Assembly: GCA_041658255.1 (NCBI GenBank)
Contig: JBBAAQ010000005.1
Coordinates: 1,544 to 65,543, forward strand
DNA length: 64,000 nucleotides
DNA from: Candidatus Woesearchaeota archaeon
GTDB lineage: Archaea; Nanobdellota; Nanobdellia; Woesearchaeales; UBA9642
Direction of reading: 5' to 3'
The position numbers and the translations under genes are program-made. Below, piece after piece: positions 34,866 to 44,048 of the stretch (positions are counted from its first letter, which is position 1; each line of letters begins with the position of its first letter). The notes below the pieces were generated by a model that was not told where the DNA came from, ran no database searches, and saw nothing but the letters and a program-made list of their open reading frames with translations.

Positions 34866-35837
34866 ATGAAGATTGGTATCATCGGTGCAGGAAATTTGGG
34901 GACTGCATTCGCAAAGATATTTTCTGAAAAGCACACCATCGTTCTCTACGACAACAATGCGCAAACCATTACCACCATCGGTACGCGTAAAGAGAACACG
35001 CGTTATTTGCCCGGTGTTATATTAGGAAAGAATATTTTTCCGACAACAAACTTTTCATTGATAAAGGATTGTGAAAGTATTATTTTTGCAATTCCCTCGG
35101 CTGCTGTTATCGCAGTTTCACGAAAACTCAGATCTTATTATACGAATCAATACATCATTTCTGCGAGTAAAGGATTGTCTATTGATGGATTGGTATTGAC
35201 TGATGTCATTGAACATGAATTACAGTGCAAGCCACATAAAGTCGTTGCATTATCCGGCCCCTGTATTGCGCACGAACTCGCACGTCATAAACCGACTGTC
35301 GTGATGCTTGGTGGCAGTATACGGACATTACAAAAGATAAAACATGAATTAGAGACAAATAATCTCTTCTTCAATTTGACAACAGATAAGCAGGGCATTC
35401 AACTGCTCGGCTTCTACAAGAATATCATTGCACTACTCGTCGGGATCTGTGAAGGCCTGGGACTCGGACACAATTTTGAATCATCACTAGTATCAAAGGC
35501 CTATAGTAGATTTTATTATCTTAATACAGGGAAGAATATCCGAAGACACACCTTTATCGGCCCTGCAGGAATAGGGGACTTATATGTGACTGCAGTCTCA
35601 CCCCATTCACGGAATCGGACATTCGGATACTTGCTTGGCAAGGGAATAAGTGTTGAGAAAGCTCTTAAGAAGATTGGTCAGACTGTTGAAGGATATGATA
35701 ATCTACGATTATTACGTGCACTTAAGAATAAATCGCATATTGACTGCGAACTTACAACACTATTACTGCAGATCATTGATGGCAAAGTGACACGCATGCA
35801 GATACGAGTATTATTGCGTAATTATCTGAATTCCTGA
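34866..35837 (+). CDS. gpsA: NAD(P)H-dependent glycerol-3-phosphate dehydrogenase (GpsA family)
   Basis: MKIGIIGAGNLGTA Rossmann motif. GPCIAHELARHKPT and GPAGIGDLYVTAVSPHSRNRTFGYLLGKGISVEKALKKIGQTVEGY align with E. coli GpsA GPTFAKELAAGLPT and [29 protein letters not shown]...IGQVVEGY. Confidence 0.85.
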   Translation: MKIGIIGAGNLGTAFAKIFSEKHTIVLYDNNAQTITTIGTRKENTRYLPGVILGKNIFPTTNFSLIKDCESIIFAIPSAAVIAVSRKLRSYYTNQYIISASKGLSIDGLVLTDVIEHELQCKPHKVVALSGPCIAHELARHKPTVVMLGGSIRTLQKIKHELETNNLFFNLTTDKQGIQLLGFYKNIIALLVGICEGLGLGHNFESSLVSKAYSRFYYLNTGKNIRRHTFIGPAGIGDLYVTAVSPHSRNRTFGYLLGKGISVEKALKKIGQTVEGYDNLRLLRALKNKSHIDCELTTLLLQIIDGKVTRMQIRVLLRNYLNS

Positions 35838-35876
35838 ATACGTTCATCCTTTTTGGGCCGCGTGGTTAGGTTTGTC

Positions 35877-36746
35877 TTAATTCTTTTTTACGACAATGAC
35901 GCTGATATCGTCGTCGATATTACCTGTTCTTGCGCGATCCTCAACAATGCATTCTACAATGGTTTTTGCGGGGAGATTCTTGGTTTTACGTAGTACTTCT
36001 TGCAATTGCGTCAGGGTATACTGTGATGATTGTGCAGGATCTATTAAACCATCAGAGTAGATGATAAATAAGTCTCCATTGTTTAAAAATTCCCACTCAT
36101 TAATCTGATATGTTGGTTCGTATCCAATGACTCCTTTAGGATATATACGGATGCTACTATTAGGGGGCCGGACGCCGAGCATCATGTTATTCGTATAAAT
36201 ATTTTTGCTGCTGATATCCTCAAGCGCATTATTCTCTTTTGAGAAAATGTAGGGAGATGCGTGTCCTGCAGACATGAACCTGAATATTCCACGAGAAGTT
36301 ATTTCACCAAAAATCATGGTGCCGTGAATGTTGCGGTGATGAAAATAATCGCTAATATTATCAATGAATTCCTGTCGGATTTCGCCGTGTTCCCGGAGCT
36401 GCTGATTGATTGTACCATCCAATATTGCGTCAAATTGCGCAGCATAAATCGCTGCTTGCGTACCATGCCCTTCAAAATCTGCAATAATCAATGCAGTACG
36501 GTTTTTTGTTTCCGCAACGGCTTTTGTTATCCGTTGCACATGATTGGGGCTGTGATTTGCGTAGGAGTATTCAAGGATTTTTTTAAAGTCGTACTCTTTG
36601 GTGTATTTGATGATGCGTGCATAATCTCCGCCGACAGCTTCGCACGGGATCATGGTTCCTGCAATATCTATCCCCCGAAGATTCGGGATCTCTCCAATAG
36701 GAGGGGTCATGCGCTTCAATAATTTTTCGATAGGGTCATGAGTCAT
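35877..36746 (-). CDS. PP2C/SpoIIE-family serine/threonine phosphatase
   Basis: GGDYARII, IADFEGHGTQAAIYAA, FMSAGHASPYIF, IIYSDGLIDP and DDDISVIVVKK are SpoIIE-type motifs. The ATG at 36746 (MTHDPIEKLL) is preferred over the track start at 36851. Confidence 0.8.
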   Translation of the reverse strand: MTHDPIEKLLKRMTPPIGEIPNLRGIDIAGTMIPCEAVGGDYARIIKYTKEYDFKKILEYSYANHSPNHVQRITKAVAETKNRTALIIADFEGHGTQAAIYAAQFDAILDGTINQQLREHGEIRQEFIDNISDYFHHRNIHGTMIFGEITSRGIFRFMSAGHASPYIFSKENNALEDISSKNIYTNNMMLGVRPPNSSIRIYPKGVIGYEPTYQINEWEFLNNGDLFIIYSDGLIDPAQSSQYTLTQLQEVLRKTKNLPAKTIVECIVEDRARTGNIDDDISVIVVKKN

Positions 36747-36883
36747 AGTATGTACTTTAGGATGTTGATGGTATGATACTCTAAAAATCGCCCGATAACG
36801 ATAAAAATAAAAAATCAGTCTATTCTTCTTGCGCAAACTGCTTAATCGCACTCAAAACGTTGTTTTGGTGCCCTGAAAAATTT

Positions 36884-37033
36884 TTATTCTTCCTCGGCAA
36901 AATTTTTTATGGCGTCGTAGTTCTCGACAATCATCTTAGCCTTGTTCTTGCCAAATTGGAAGGGGAACGGATCATCTTCCTTCTTTTTAATAATAATCAT
37001 CTTATTACCTTTGAATTCACCATATTCAATCAT
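36884..37033 (-). CDS. small hypothetical protein (49 aa), not in the ORF track
   Basis: MIEYGEFKGNKMIIIKKKEDDPFPFQFGKNKAKMIVENYDAIKNFAEEE has a protein-like composition. The 67-aa plus-strand ORF at 36860..37063 looks like its antisense shadow. Confidence 0.4.
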   Translation of the reverse strand: MIEYGEFKGNKMIIIKKKEDDPFPFQFGKNKAKMIVENYDAIKNFAEEE

Positions 37034-37114
37034 AGTATCACCTGCAGCAGTGGGTTGCCTTGAGTTTTAAAAAGTTAATGGATTATGAATGTGGAGCATG
37101 AGTTATTTTTCGAG

Positions 37115-37262
37115 TCTATACTCACAGACAATAATATTCATACAACATGTTGTCTGTTCGTAATACATAAAAATTGCAACACAATTTTTAGTACAAGAAA
37201 TGCGATGCATTTCTTTGTAAGCAAATGACATATTCGTATAAAAAATTGTGTCATTTGCTATA
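37115..37262. repeat. intergenic repeat element, copy 2, with a 54-nt insertion carrying two extra perfect hairpins
   Basis: The insert (37166-37219) contains AAAAATTG-CAACA-CAATTTTT and AGAAATGC-GAT-GCATTTCT. Module I carries the IR ACAGACAA (37124-37131) / TTGTCTGT (37150-37157). Confidence 0.9.
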
Positions 37263-37328
37263 GTTTCATAATATTTATATATGATGATTATTAACTATCG
37301 TTAATCATCGTGTTGTTTGAGGTGTATC

Positions 37329-37787
37329 ATGAAAAAATTACCTGTTGTCATCATGCTGTTATTTATTGGTGTTGTGCTCTTTGTTGCAGGATGCACGCAA
37401 AAGACTACGACCTCAATATCGCAGCCATCCTCTCCGCAAGTTCAACAAGGTGGCGCCGGGCAGATTCCGCAATCTGCGCCCAGCCAACCATCATCCTCTT
37501 CGACTACGCCACGTGTCATAAAACTTGAAGCATACAGTTGGGGGTTTAATCCGTCGACAATAACGGTAAAGAAAGGTGAAACAATCAAACTCGAGATCTC
37601 TGCAACATCCGAAACACACAGCCTCACAATCCAAGGATATAATGTGAATAGCGACACCGTAAGTCCTGGGCATGATGCCTCTGTAACATTCACCGCCGAT
37701 AAAGTCGGAACATTTGAATTCTTTTGCAGCACCTATTGTGGTGAAGGACATAACAGTATGACTGGAAAACTTGTAGTGACTGAATAA
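37329..37787 (+). CDS. cupredoxin-fold lipoprotein with a CuA-type (cytochrome oxidase subunit II-like) copper motif
   Basis: Lipobox LFVAGC. The HSL...FFCSTYCGEGHNSM pattern H...CxxxCxxxHxxM matches binuclear CuA ligand spacing. Confidence 0.75.
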   Translation: MKKLPVVIMLLFIGVVLFVAGCTQKTTTSISQPSSPQVQQGGAGQIPQSAPSQPSSSSTTPRVIKLEAYSWGFNPSTITVKKGETIKLEISATSETHSLTIQGYNVNSDTVSPGHDASVTFTADKVGTFEFFCSTYCGEGHNSMTGKLVVTE

Positions 37788-37839
37788 ATTATTATCCGAA
37801 AAAGGCAATATTTAAAAATAGTTTCCTTCTCCTATTTCT

Positions 37840-38130
37840 ATGGAATCACAAGTGCATATTGAAAAAATACTTTTCGACGAGAAATCCCTCGCGTTTCGCG
37901 ATAGTTTAGGAAACCGCATTATGCATGGAGCACTTTACGGAATTTCTGTTGCACCATTTTTATATGATTCTACTGAGTTGCCCTTTGTAATTGCAGAAAA
38001 ATTTTTTTTGCGGTACTCTGAAGAGTTAATTGTTGAAAAACAATACGGATTTTTTCGTGTACGTTCTGCTTATAAAAATGCTGCAGAAACAATCCATCTT
38101 CTTACCGAAATACTTCATAGAGAAAAATAA
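37840..38130 (+). CDS. hypothetical protein
   Basis: 96-aa ORF. No family recognised. Confidence 0.45.
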   Translation: MESQVHIEKILFDEKSLAFRDSLGNRIMHGALYGISVAPFLYDSTELPFVIAEKFFLRYSEELIVEKQYGFFRVRSAYKNAAETIHLLTEILHREK

Positions 38131-38252
38131 TAAAAAATTTATTGTATCCCCCATTTATCTTCTTGCGCTGTCAGAAATCAATAGAGGTATATGAGTTCTA
38201 ATCATGCTCAGAAATTTTCAATTTCTGACATGTGATTGCGTGTTTCATGTGT

Positions 38253-38552
38253 TTACCCCAATCCAAATCGTTTACAATATACGCAATCCGTCTGTTTCCA
38301 TGAGAATTTACGGTTCTGCCATTCTTCATCGCTTAAATCACAAATTGTTTTATCGCTTCGCATCATCACTAAAAATGCGCGATGTGTCATTTTTATGTCA
38401 GCAAGTTTTTTCGCAAGTTCCTGAAGTTTTGGCAGATGTTTATCTCTGCGCTCTTCATCATCATAACATTTCCTTGCGCAATAATTGCCTTCGTACCAAC
38501 TGATTAAATGCTTAACGAGAATGGCTATTTTTTCGTCTTTCTTATACACCAT
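38253..38552 (-). CDS. hypothetical Cys-containing small protein
   Basis: 99-aa ORF. It competes with overlapping plus-strand ORFs that have poorer composition. Confidence 0.45.
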   Translation of the reverse strand: MVYKKDEKIAILVKHLISWYEGNYCARKCYDDEERRDKHLPKLQELAKKLADIKMTHRAFLVMMRSDKTICDLSDEEWQNRKFSWKQTDCVYCKRFGLG

Positions 38553-38710
38553 AGTGTACTTATACCGGTGATTTTTATATACTTTTCCACTTTAGTGGAT
38601 TAACAGATACACTTAAGTGTTTTTTTGTATTTTCTGCATCATAGTTATACTAAGAATTTATTCAGTGTTTATATACCCTACGCGTACATGTCCAGTGAGA
38701 AATAAATAAG

Positions 38711-41134
38711 TTAGTCTGGCTTAATACCTAGCTTCTGTTCCATTTCTGCTATTGCAAGCGTCGTCTTAATTACCGTATCCGAATTTAGAGAAATGCTATC
38801 GATGCCGCATTCAACCAAAAACTGTGCAAAATCAGCCCACTGACTTGGTGCCTGTCCGCAAATCCCGATCTTTCGATGATACAATTTACAATCTGCAATG
38901 ACTTTTTTAATCATGCGCTTCACTGCATCATTACGTTCATCATAGATGTGTGCGACAATTTCTGAATCTCTATCGAGTCCAAGTATTAATTGTGTCAGAT
39001 CATTACTTCCAATCGAGAATCCGTCGAAGACTTCTGAGAATTGGTCGCAAAGTATAATATTTGCAGGAATTTCGCACATGACATAGACTTGTAATCCGTT
39101 TTCTCCTTTACGTAATCCGTTCTTTTCCATCTCTGCAAGTACTTGTTTTCCTTCTTTTACTGTCCGACAGAATGGAACCATGACTTTCAAATTTGTAAGT
39201 CCATATTCATTGAGTACTTTAAGGATTGCCTGACATTCGAGTGCAAATCCCTCTTTATACCCTGGACTATAATATCGTGACGCGCCACGCCATCCAATCA
39301 TAGGGTTTTCTTCTTTAGGTTCGTAGGCTTTACCACCGATAAGATTTGCATATTCATTTGTCTTAAAATCTGAAAACCGTAAGATAACATCTTTCGGATA
39401 GAATGCCGCTGCAATCATCCCTACACCCTGCGCGAGTTTATCGACGAAGAATTGTGTCTTATTTTCATATCCGATACTTATCTCATCGATTTGCGCTTTC
39501 ACTTCAGGTGTCTGCTCATGATAATGCAGTAATGCCAATGGATGCGCTTTGATATAACTCATGATAATAAATTCTTCACGTGCAAGACCAACACCATCAT
39601 TCGGGATATAACTGAGATCAAATACTTCTTCGGGATTTCCACAATTCATCATGATCTTAGTTTTTGTACGTGGAATGTTCTCTAAATTAGTTTGTTTTAT
39701 TTCGAATGGGAGTATTCCATCGTAGACAAATCCTAAATCTCCTTCTGCGCAACTGACAGTAATTTTTTGTCCTGTCTTTATCTTTTCTGTACCATCAATT
39801 GTTCCGACAACACACGGGATTCCGAGTTCACGGGAGATGATTGCGGCATGGCATGTTCTGCCGCCCCTATTTGTTACAATTGCAGATGCAATTTTCATGA
39901 TGGGTTCCCAATCAGGATCAGTCATTTCTGTGACCAGTACCTGCCCTTTTCTGAATAATCCAATCTCGTGCGCATTTTTGATGACATTTGCCTCGCCGCT
40001 TCCGATACGTTCACCGACTGATTTTCCCTTGACGACGATCGTACCTTTCTCTTTTAAGAGATAATTTTCAAGAATATTCCTGTTCTTCTGGCTCATGACT
40101 GTTTCTGGACGCGCTTGTACAATAAATAACTCTCCTGATGCTCCATCTTTTGCCCATTCCATATCCATGGGTTTGAAATGTCCCGCTTTTGCTGAGTAAT
40201 GATCTTCAATAGCGCACGCCCACTTTGCAAGTTGTAATATTTCAGGCTCTGTAAGGACAAATTTATTTCTGTCCACAGTTGATACGGGAACATTTTTTGT
40301 GGTCTTTGTCCCTTCATGTGTATAAATCATTTTTTGTTCTTTAGTCCCGATTTTTTTAGAAATAATAGGTTTGAATCCTGTTTTTAATGTGGGTTTAAAG
40401 ACATAATATTCGTCAGGGTTTACGGTTCCTAAAACAATATTTTCTCCAAGACCATAAGATCCGGTGATGAATGCAACATCCTTGAATCCTGATTCAGTAT
40501 CAATAGAGAACATGACTCCTGAACATGCTAAGTCTGAGCGGACCATTTTCTGTACGCCAATACTGAGTGCGATTGAGAAATGATCAAAGTGTTTATCTTC
40601 GCGATAAGAGATTGCGCGGTTCGTGAATAATGATGCAAAACATTTCTTACAGGCCTCTAAAATTTGGAAGTCTCCCTTAATATTAAGATAGGTTTCTTGT
40701 TGTCCTGCAAAACTTGCATCAGGCAAATCTTCAGCAGTCGCTGAACTACGCACCGCAACATCAGTATCGCTGCGATCTTTGTTATATGCACCACATAAAT
40801 CACGATACGCAGAGAGGATTGCGATTTTTAATTCTTGTGGGAATTCAGCTTTCATGATTATGTCACGAACACGTTGTCCATGATCTGCAAGATTAGTCAT
40901 ATCACTAGTGTTTAAATCTTTGAGAATGTCTTTAATCTTATCTTTAATTCCTGCCTTTTCAAGAAAATAGCGATAGGCATAGGCGGTCACTGCAAATCCA
41001 TTCGGGACGCGGATACCTTGCGGTGTAAGATTGATATACATCTCGCCGAGTGATGCATTTTTTCCACCGACCTGCGGTACATCCTCGATTCCGAGTTGAT
41101 CAAACCAGAGAATAAACATCGTATTTTTATCCAC
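38711..41134 (-). CDS. ppsA: phosphoenolpyruvate synthase (pyruvate, water dikinase)
   Basis: 807 aa. VGGKNASLGEM, the phosphohistidine region GGRTCHAAIISRELGIPCVVG and the C-terminal PEP-utilising TIM-barrel motifs (GSNDLTQ) are present. Confidence 0.95.
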   Translation of the reverse strand: MDKNTMFILWFDQLGIEDVPQVGGKNASLGEMYINLTPQGIRVPNGFAVTAYAYRYFLEKAGIKDKIKDILKDLNTSDMTNLADHGQRVRDIIMKAEFPQELKIAILSAYRDLCGAYNKDRSDTDVAVRSSATAEDLPDASFAGQQETYLNIKGDFQILEACKKCFASLFTNRAISYREDKHFDHFSIALSIGVQKMVRSDLACSGVMFSIDTESGFKDVAFITGSYGLGENIVLGTVNPDEYYVFKPTLKTGFKPIISKKIGTKEQKMIYTHEGTKTTKNVPVSTVDRNKFVLTEPEILQLAKWACAIEDHYSAKAGHFKPMDMEWAKDGASGELFIVQARPETVMSQKNRNILENYLLKEKGTIVVKGKSVGERIGSGEANVIKNAHEIGLFRKGQVLVTEMTDPDWEPIMKIASAIVTNRGGRTCHAAIISRELGIPCVVGTIDGTEKIKTGQKITVSCAEGDLGFVYDGILPFEIKQTNLENIPRTKTKIMMNCGNPEEVFDLSYIPNDGVGLAREEFIIMSYIKAHPLALLHYHEQTPEVKAQIDEISIGYENKTQFFVDKLAQGVGMIAAAFYPKDVILRFSDFKTNEYANLIGGKAYEPKEENPMIGWRGASRYYSPGYKEGFALECQAILKVLNEYGLTNLKVMVPFCRTVKEGKQVLAEMEKNGLRKGENGLQVYVMCEIPANIILCDQFSEVFDGFSIGSNDLTQLILGLDRDSEIVAHIYDERNDAVKRMIKKVIADCKLYHRKIGICGQAPSQWADFAQFLVECGIDSISLNSDTVIKTTLAIAEMEQKLGIKPD

Positions 41135-41424
41135 GAAAAATCACCCTTACTTTTTAATTGATGAATACTGATGGAATTTTCGAAAAGAAAAGTCTCACCT
41201 CTTTTTCCCGAAAATTCCAGTATCGTAATGATATATGATACTCCCACCACAAAAATCTATTCTTAAATATATAAAGGTTTGTTATTATTAGAAAGTTAAG
41301 AGAAGAGAAAGTATTGACGCGCATGATTTTTGTTGATTGGAGAGCATCTTCTTTGTTGTTGTTTTGAGTATTCTTGTGTATGGGTGTTTCTGTTATCTTT
41401 TTTAAGTGGTTAATCAACGTTAAC

Positions 41425-41432
41425 TTTATAAA
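41425..41432 (+). promoter_or_regulatory. TATA box TTTATAAA
   Basis: It ends 21 nt before the ATG at 41454. Confidence 0.5.
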
Positions 41433-41453
41433 TTAGTATACATTCTTTCCTAT

Positions 41454-41975
41454 ATGATTAACACTGAAATTCAAGAACTCAAAAGGAAGGTTCTGGAAAC
41501 AGATATTTCGATTAACAATCCTGGGATGCAGTACATTATTGAATTAGAAATTACGAGATGGGTAAAGAGTTACGAAGAGAAAAAAACGAGAAATATCAGC
41601 GACTGTTATGGTGCACCCGGAGAAATACCTGATATCATAGCATTTCAAAATGTCATTTATACTCCACAAGAAATTCTAGCACAGGTAAAAGCACGTACTG
41701 AAATGGGCATGAGCATTCTAAGAAAGATTGAAGAAAATCATGAGTACATCCCAAAAAGGTTCATAAAAAGGGTGCTTGATCCTCGGCAAGCGATAGTAGA
41801 TTCAGTACCTGATAATGTTTGTCTCGATGAGATTGTAATAACATGCGCTTGCGGAGAGCATAATCAATCGTATCGCGACCTCCTTAATGGCATCATTTCT
41901 ACAAGTCCGGAATCAGCTGCATTAACTATTGGTTGGTCAGAAGGGATACAATCATTATACAAACGCGCCGATTAA
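41454..41975 (+). CDS. hypothetical protein
   Basis: 173-aa ORF with a TATA box at leaderless distance. Confidence 0.55.
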   Translation: MINTEIQELKRKVLETDISINNPGMQYIIELEITRWVKSYEEKKTRNISDCYGAPGEIPDIIAFQNVIYTPQEILAQVKARTEMGMSILRKIEENHEYIPKRFIKRVLDPRQAIVDSVPDNVCLDEIVITCACGEHNQSYRDLLNGIISTSPESAALTIGWSEGIQSLYKRAD

Positions 41976-42045
41976 TTGTATTATGTTCTTTTTATTCTCT
42001 ATGTTAAACACTAGAAAAAATTTGTTAAAAAGAAATTTTGTTTTA

Positions 42046-43107
42046 TTAATTCTTTACATAAACCGTCTGCGTCGGATATGCAAATTCTATTCCTGCATCT
42101 TCAAATCGTTTCTTGATTTCGAGATTTATTTGCGTACGTATGAGCGATGTTTTTTCTGGCGGATGCGAATATCCTACAGTAACATTTAATGAAGAATCTT
42201 TAAACATGTTGAAGCCGACATAATAGGAAGAATTCGGATCATTCTTGATGACGTCAGGATTTTTTTCAAGAATTTCCTTGACGATTACAACTGCCTCTTC
42301 AATCTTTGCATTTGAAGTGTTGTACACTAATCCAAGATCGAATGTTGCACGGATAGCATGATCCTTTGTTGTACTGATATTCTCGACAACACTGGATGCG
42401 ATGACTGCATTCGGTACATGTAGGATTGTGCCCTTGCCGGTCTTTACCGTTGTTGAACGCATTCCAATTTGAATAATATACCCTTCAAATTTGTCATCGA
42501 TCCTTACGCGATCCCCTATCGCAAATGGTTTGTCTGCAATGATTGCAATACCGCCAAAAAGATTTGTCAGGAGTGGTTGCGCGGCAAGTGCGAATGCGAG
42601 TCCACCGATACCGAGACCTGCAATAAGTGAAGTGATATCATATCCGAAATTATGGATTAAGAATAATATTCCGATAATGACAATGATTACTTTAACAAAT
42701 GTTTTTGCAAAGGGGAGGAGCTGGTCATCAAGGTCTGATTCGGATTTCTTAACCAGCGGGTGCAAATAATGTTCGATAATTGCGTCAGTGAGCCGTATCA
42801 AAATCCAGATAATATCGATGATGATGAGTATGGTAATGATTCTTGACCATACTTGTATTCCTCGCGGAGTGAGCGTCAATTGTTGTTCGATGATGGTAAA
42901 ACCGATAATAAAGAGTGTGAATATGAGCGGTTTTTCCAAGATATTGATGAGGATATCATCAAGCAAGGTATCTGTCTTTGCAGCAAGCTTTTTAAGAAAT
43001 TTAACGACAAGTAATGAAAATATCTGTCCGATTCCTATAAAGAGGAGAATAATTGCAAGTGAAATGATGTATTGATGGAGACCATTACCCCAGAGTATGA
43101 ATGTCAT
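42046..43107 (-). CDS. small-conductance mechanosensitive channel (MscS family)
   Basis: Several N-terminal TM segments, then AAQPLLTNLFGGIAIIADKPFAIGDRVRI, the MscS pore-helix/beta-domain signature. Confidence 0.9.
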   Translation of the reverse strand: MTFILWGNGLHQYIISLAIILLFIGIGQIFSLLVVKFLKKLAAKTDTLLDDILINILEKPLIFTLFIIGFTIIEQQLTLTPRGIQVWSRIITILIIIDIIWILIRLTDAIIEHYLHPLVKKSESDLDDQLLPFAKTFVKVIIVIIGILFLIHNFGYDITSLIAGLGIGGLAFALAAQPLLTNLFGGIAIIADKPFAIGDRVRIDDKFEGYIIQIGMRSTTVKTGKGTILHVPNAVIASSVVENISTTKDHAIRATFDLGLVYNTSNAKIEEAVVIVKEILEKNPDVIKNDPNSSYYVGFNMFKDSSLNVTVGYSHPPEKTSLIRTQINLEIKKRFEDAGIEFAYPTQTVYVKN

Positions 43108-43147
43108 AGCAAATAGAATGAACAGTTTTTTTATAAATTTTTTGTTA

Positions 43148-43651
43148 CTACTCTTCTTCTGTTTCGTTCTCTTTGTCAGAATTCCCTTCAGAACTCATCT
43201 TGAGCGTGTGCGTCTTGAGATATTCTTTGAGTTCATTACGTGTCACAAATTGTTGTGGGGACCAGAGGAGTAAATATTTCTCGATGACTTTAACATCCTG
43301 TTTTTTTGCGCTCTTGTTGAGTTCGTCATGAAAGATGAGAATCTTCTCTGAGAAATCATTCATGGTGCGTTTCAAGTCCATGAGTTCATCATTCACGGTG
43401 CGGATCTCCTTGATAAATGAGCGTTCGCTCTCGATAAGATTCTGGTCACTGAGCTGTACTTTTTTACGCAGATTCCCGTAGCGTTCTTCAAGTGTACGCA
43501 ACCGACGATCAAGATCGCTGATGACGCTCGATAAACTCACTTGTTCATGCGGTTCTTTATTCTCTTCATGGCCTGCTTGTGGTAGTCCCTGCGGGAATGA
43601 CGGCGTGTATCCTGCATTTGCAGATATTTCTTGATTGGGAAGATCGCTCAT
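43148..43651 (-). CDS. coiled-coil hypothetical protein
   Basis: 167 aa, charged and heptad-like. No family recognised. Confidence 0.5.
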   Translation of the reverse strand: MSDLPNQEISANAGYTPSFPQGLPQAGHEENKEPHEQVSLSSVISDLDRRLRTLEERYGNLRKKVQLSDQNLIESERSFIKEIRTVNDELMDLKRTMNDFSEKILIFHDELNKSAKKQDVKVIEKYLLLWSPQQFVTRNELKEYLKTHTLKMSSEGNSDKENETEEE

Positions 43652-44048
43652 GGGTGCTCGTAATAATTTTTATAGGTATATCTTTGTATACAATATGATT
43701 CTTACTCTCTGGTATTCTTATATTTAAATGTACTGGTTGAATTGATGTATTCGGATTTTTGAAGTTACGCGCAGTACCGTCGCTCACATTTCCATCGTTG
43801 TATGGAAGGAAAAATCCGCCACTTGCAATCCTGCGGATTTTTCAGCAGTGTTTTATGAATGATGTTCGCGCATTGACGGTACTGCTTCTTTGTGTCGTGC
43901 CCGTATTTTTTATAGTAAAATTTAAATAGGGCGTTCGTGAAGTAAGGGGTATTGTGTTTATTATGCGTGTATGGCGCATGTGTGGTGAGTAGATTGCAGT
44001 ATAGTAATCAGAGAACTGCAAAGCGTAGTAAACGATAAAAGAGGATTC

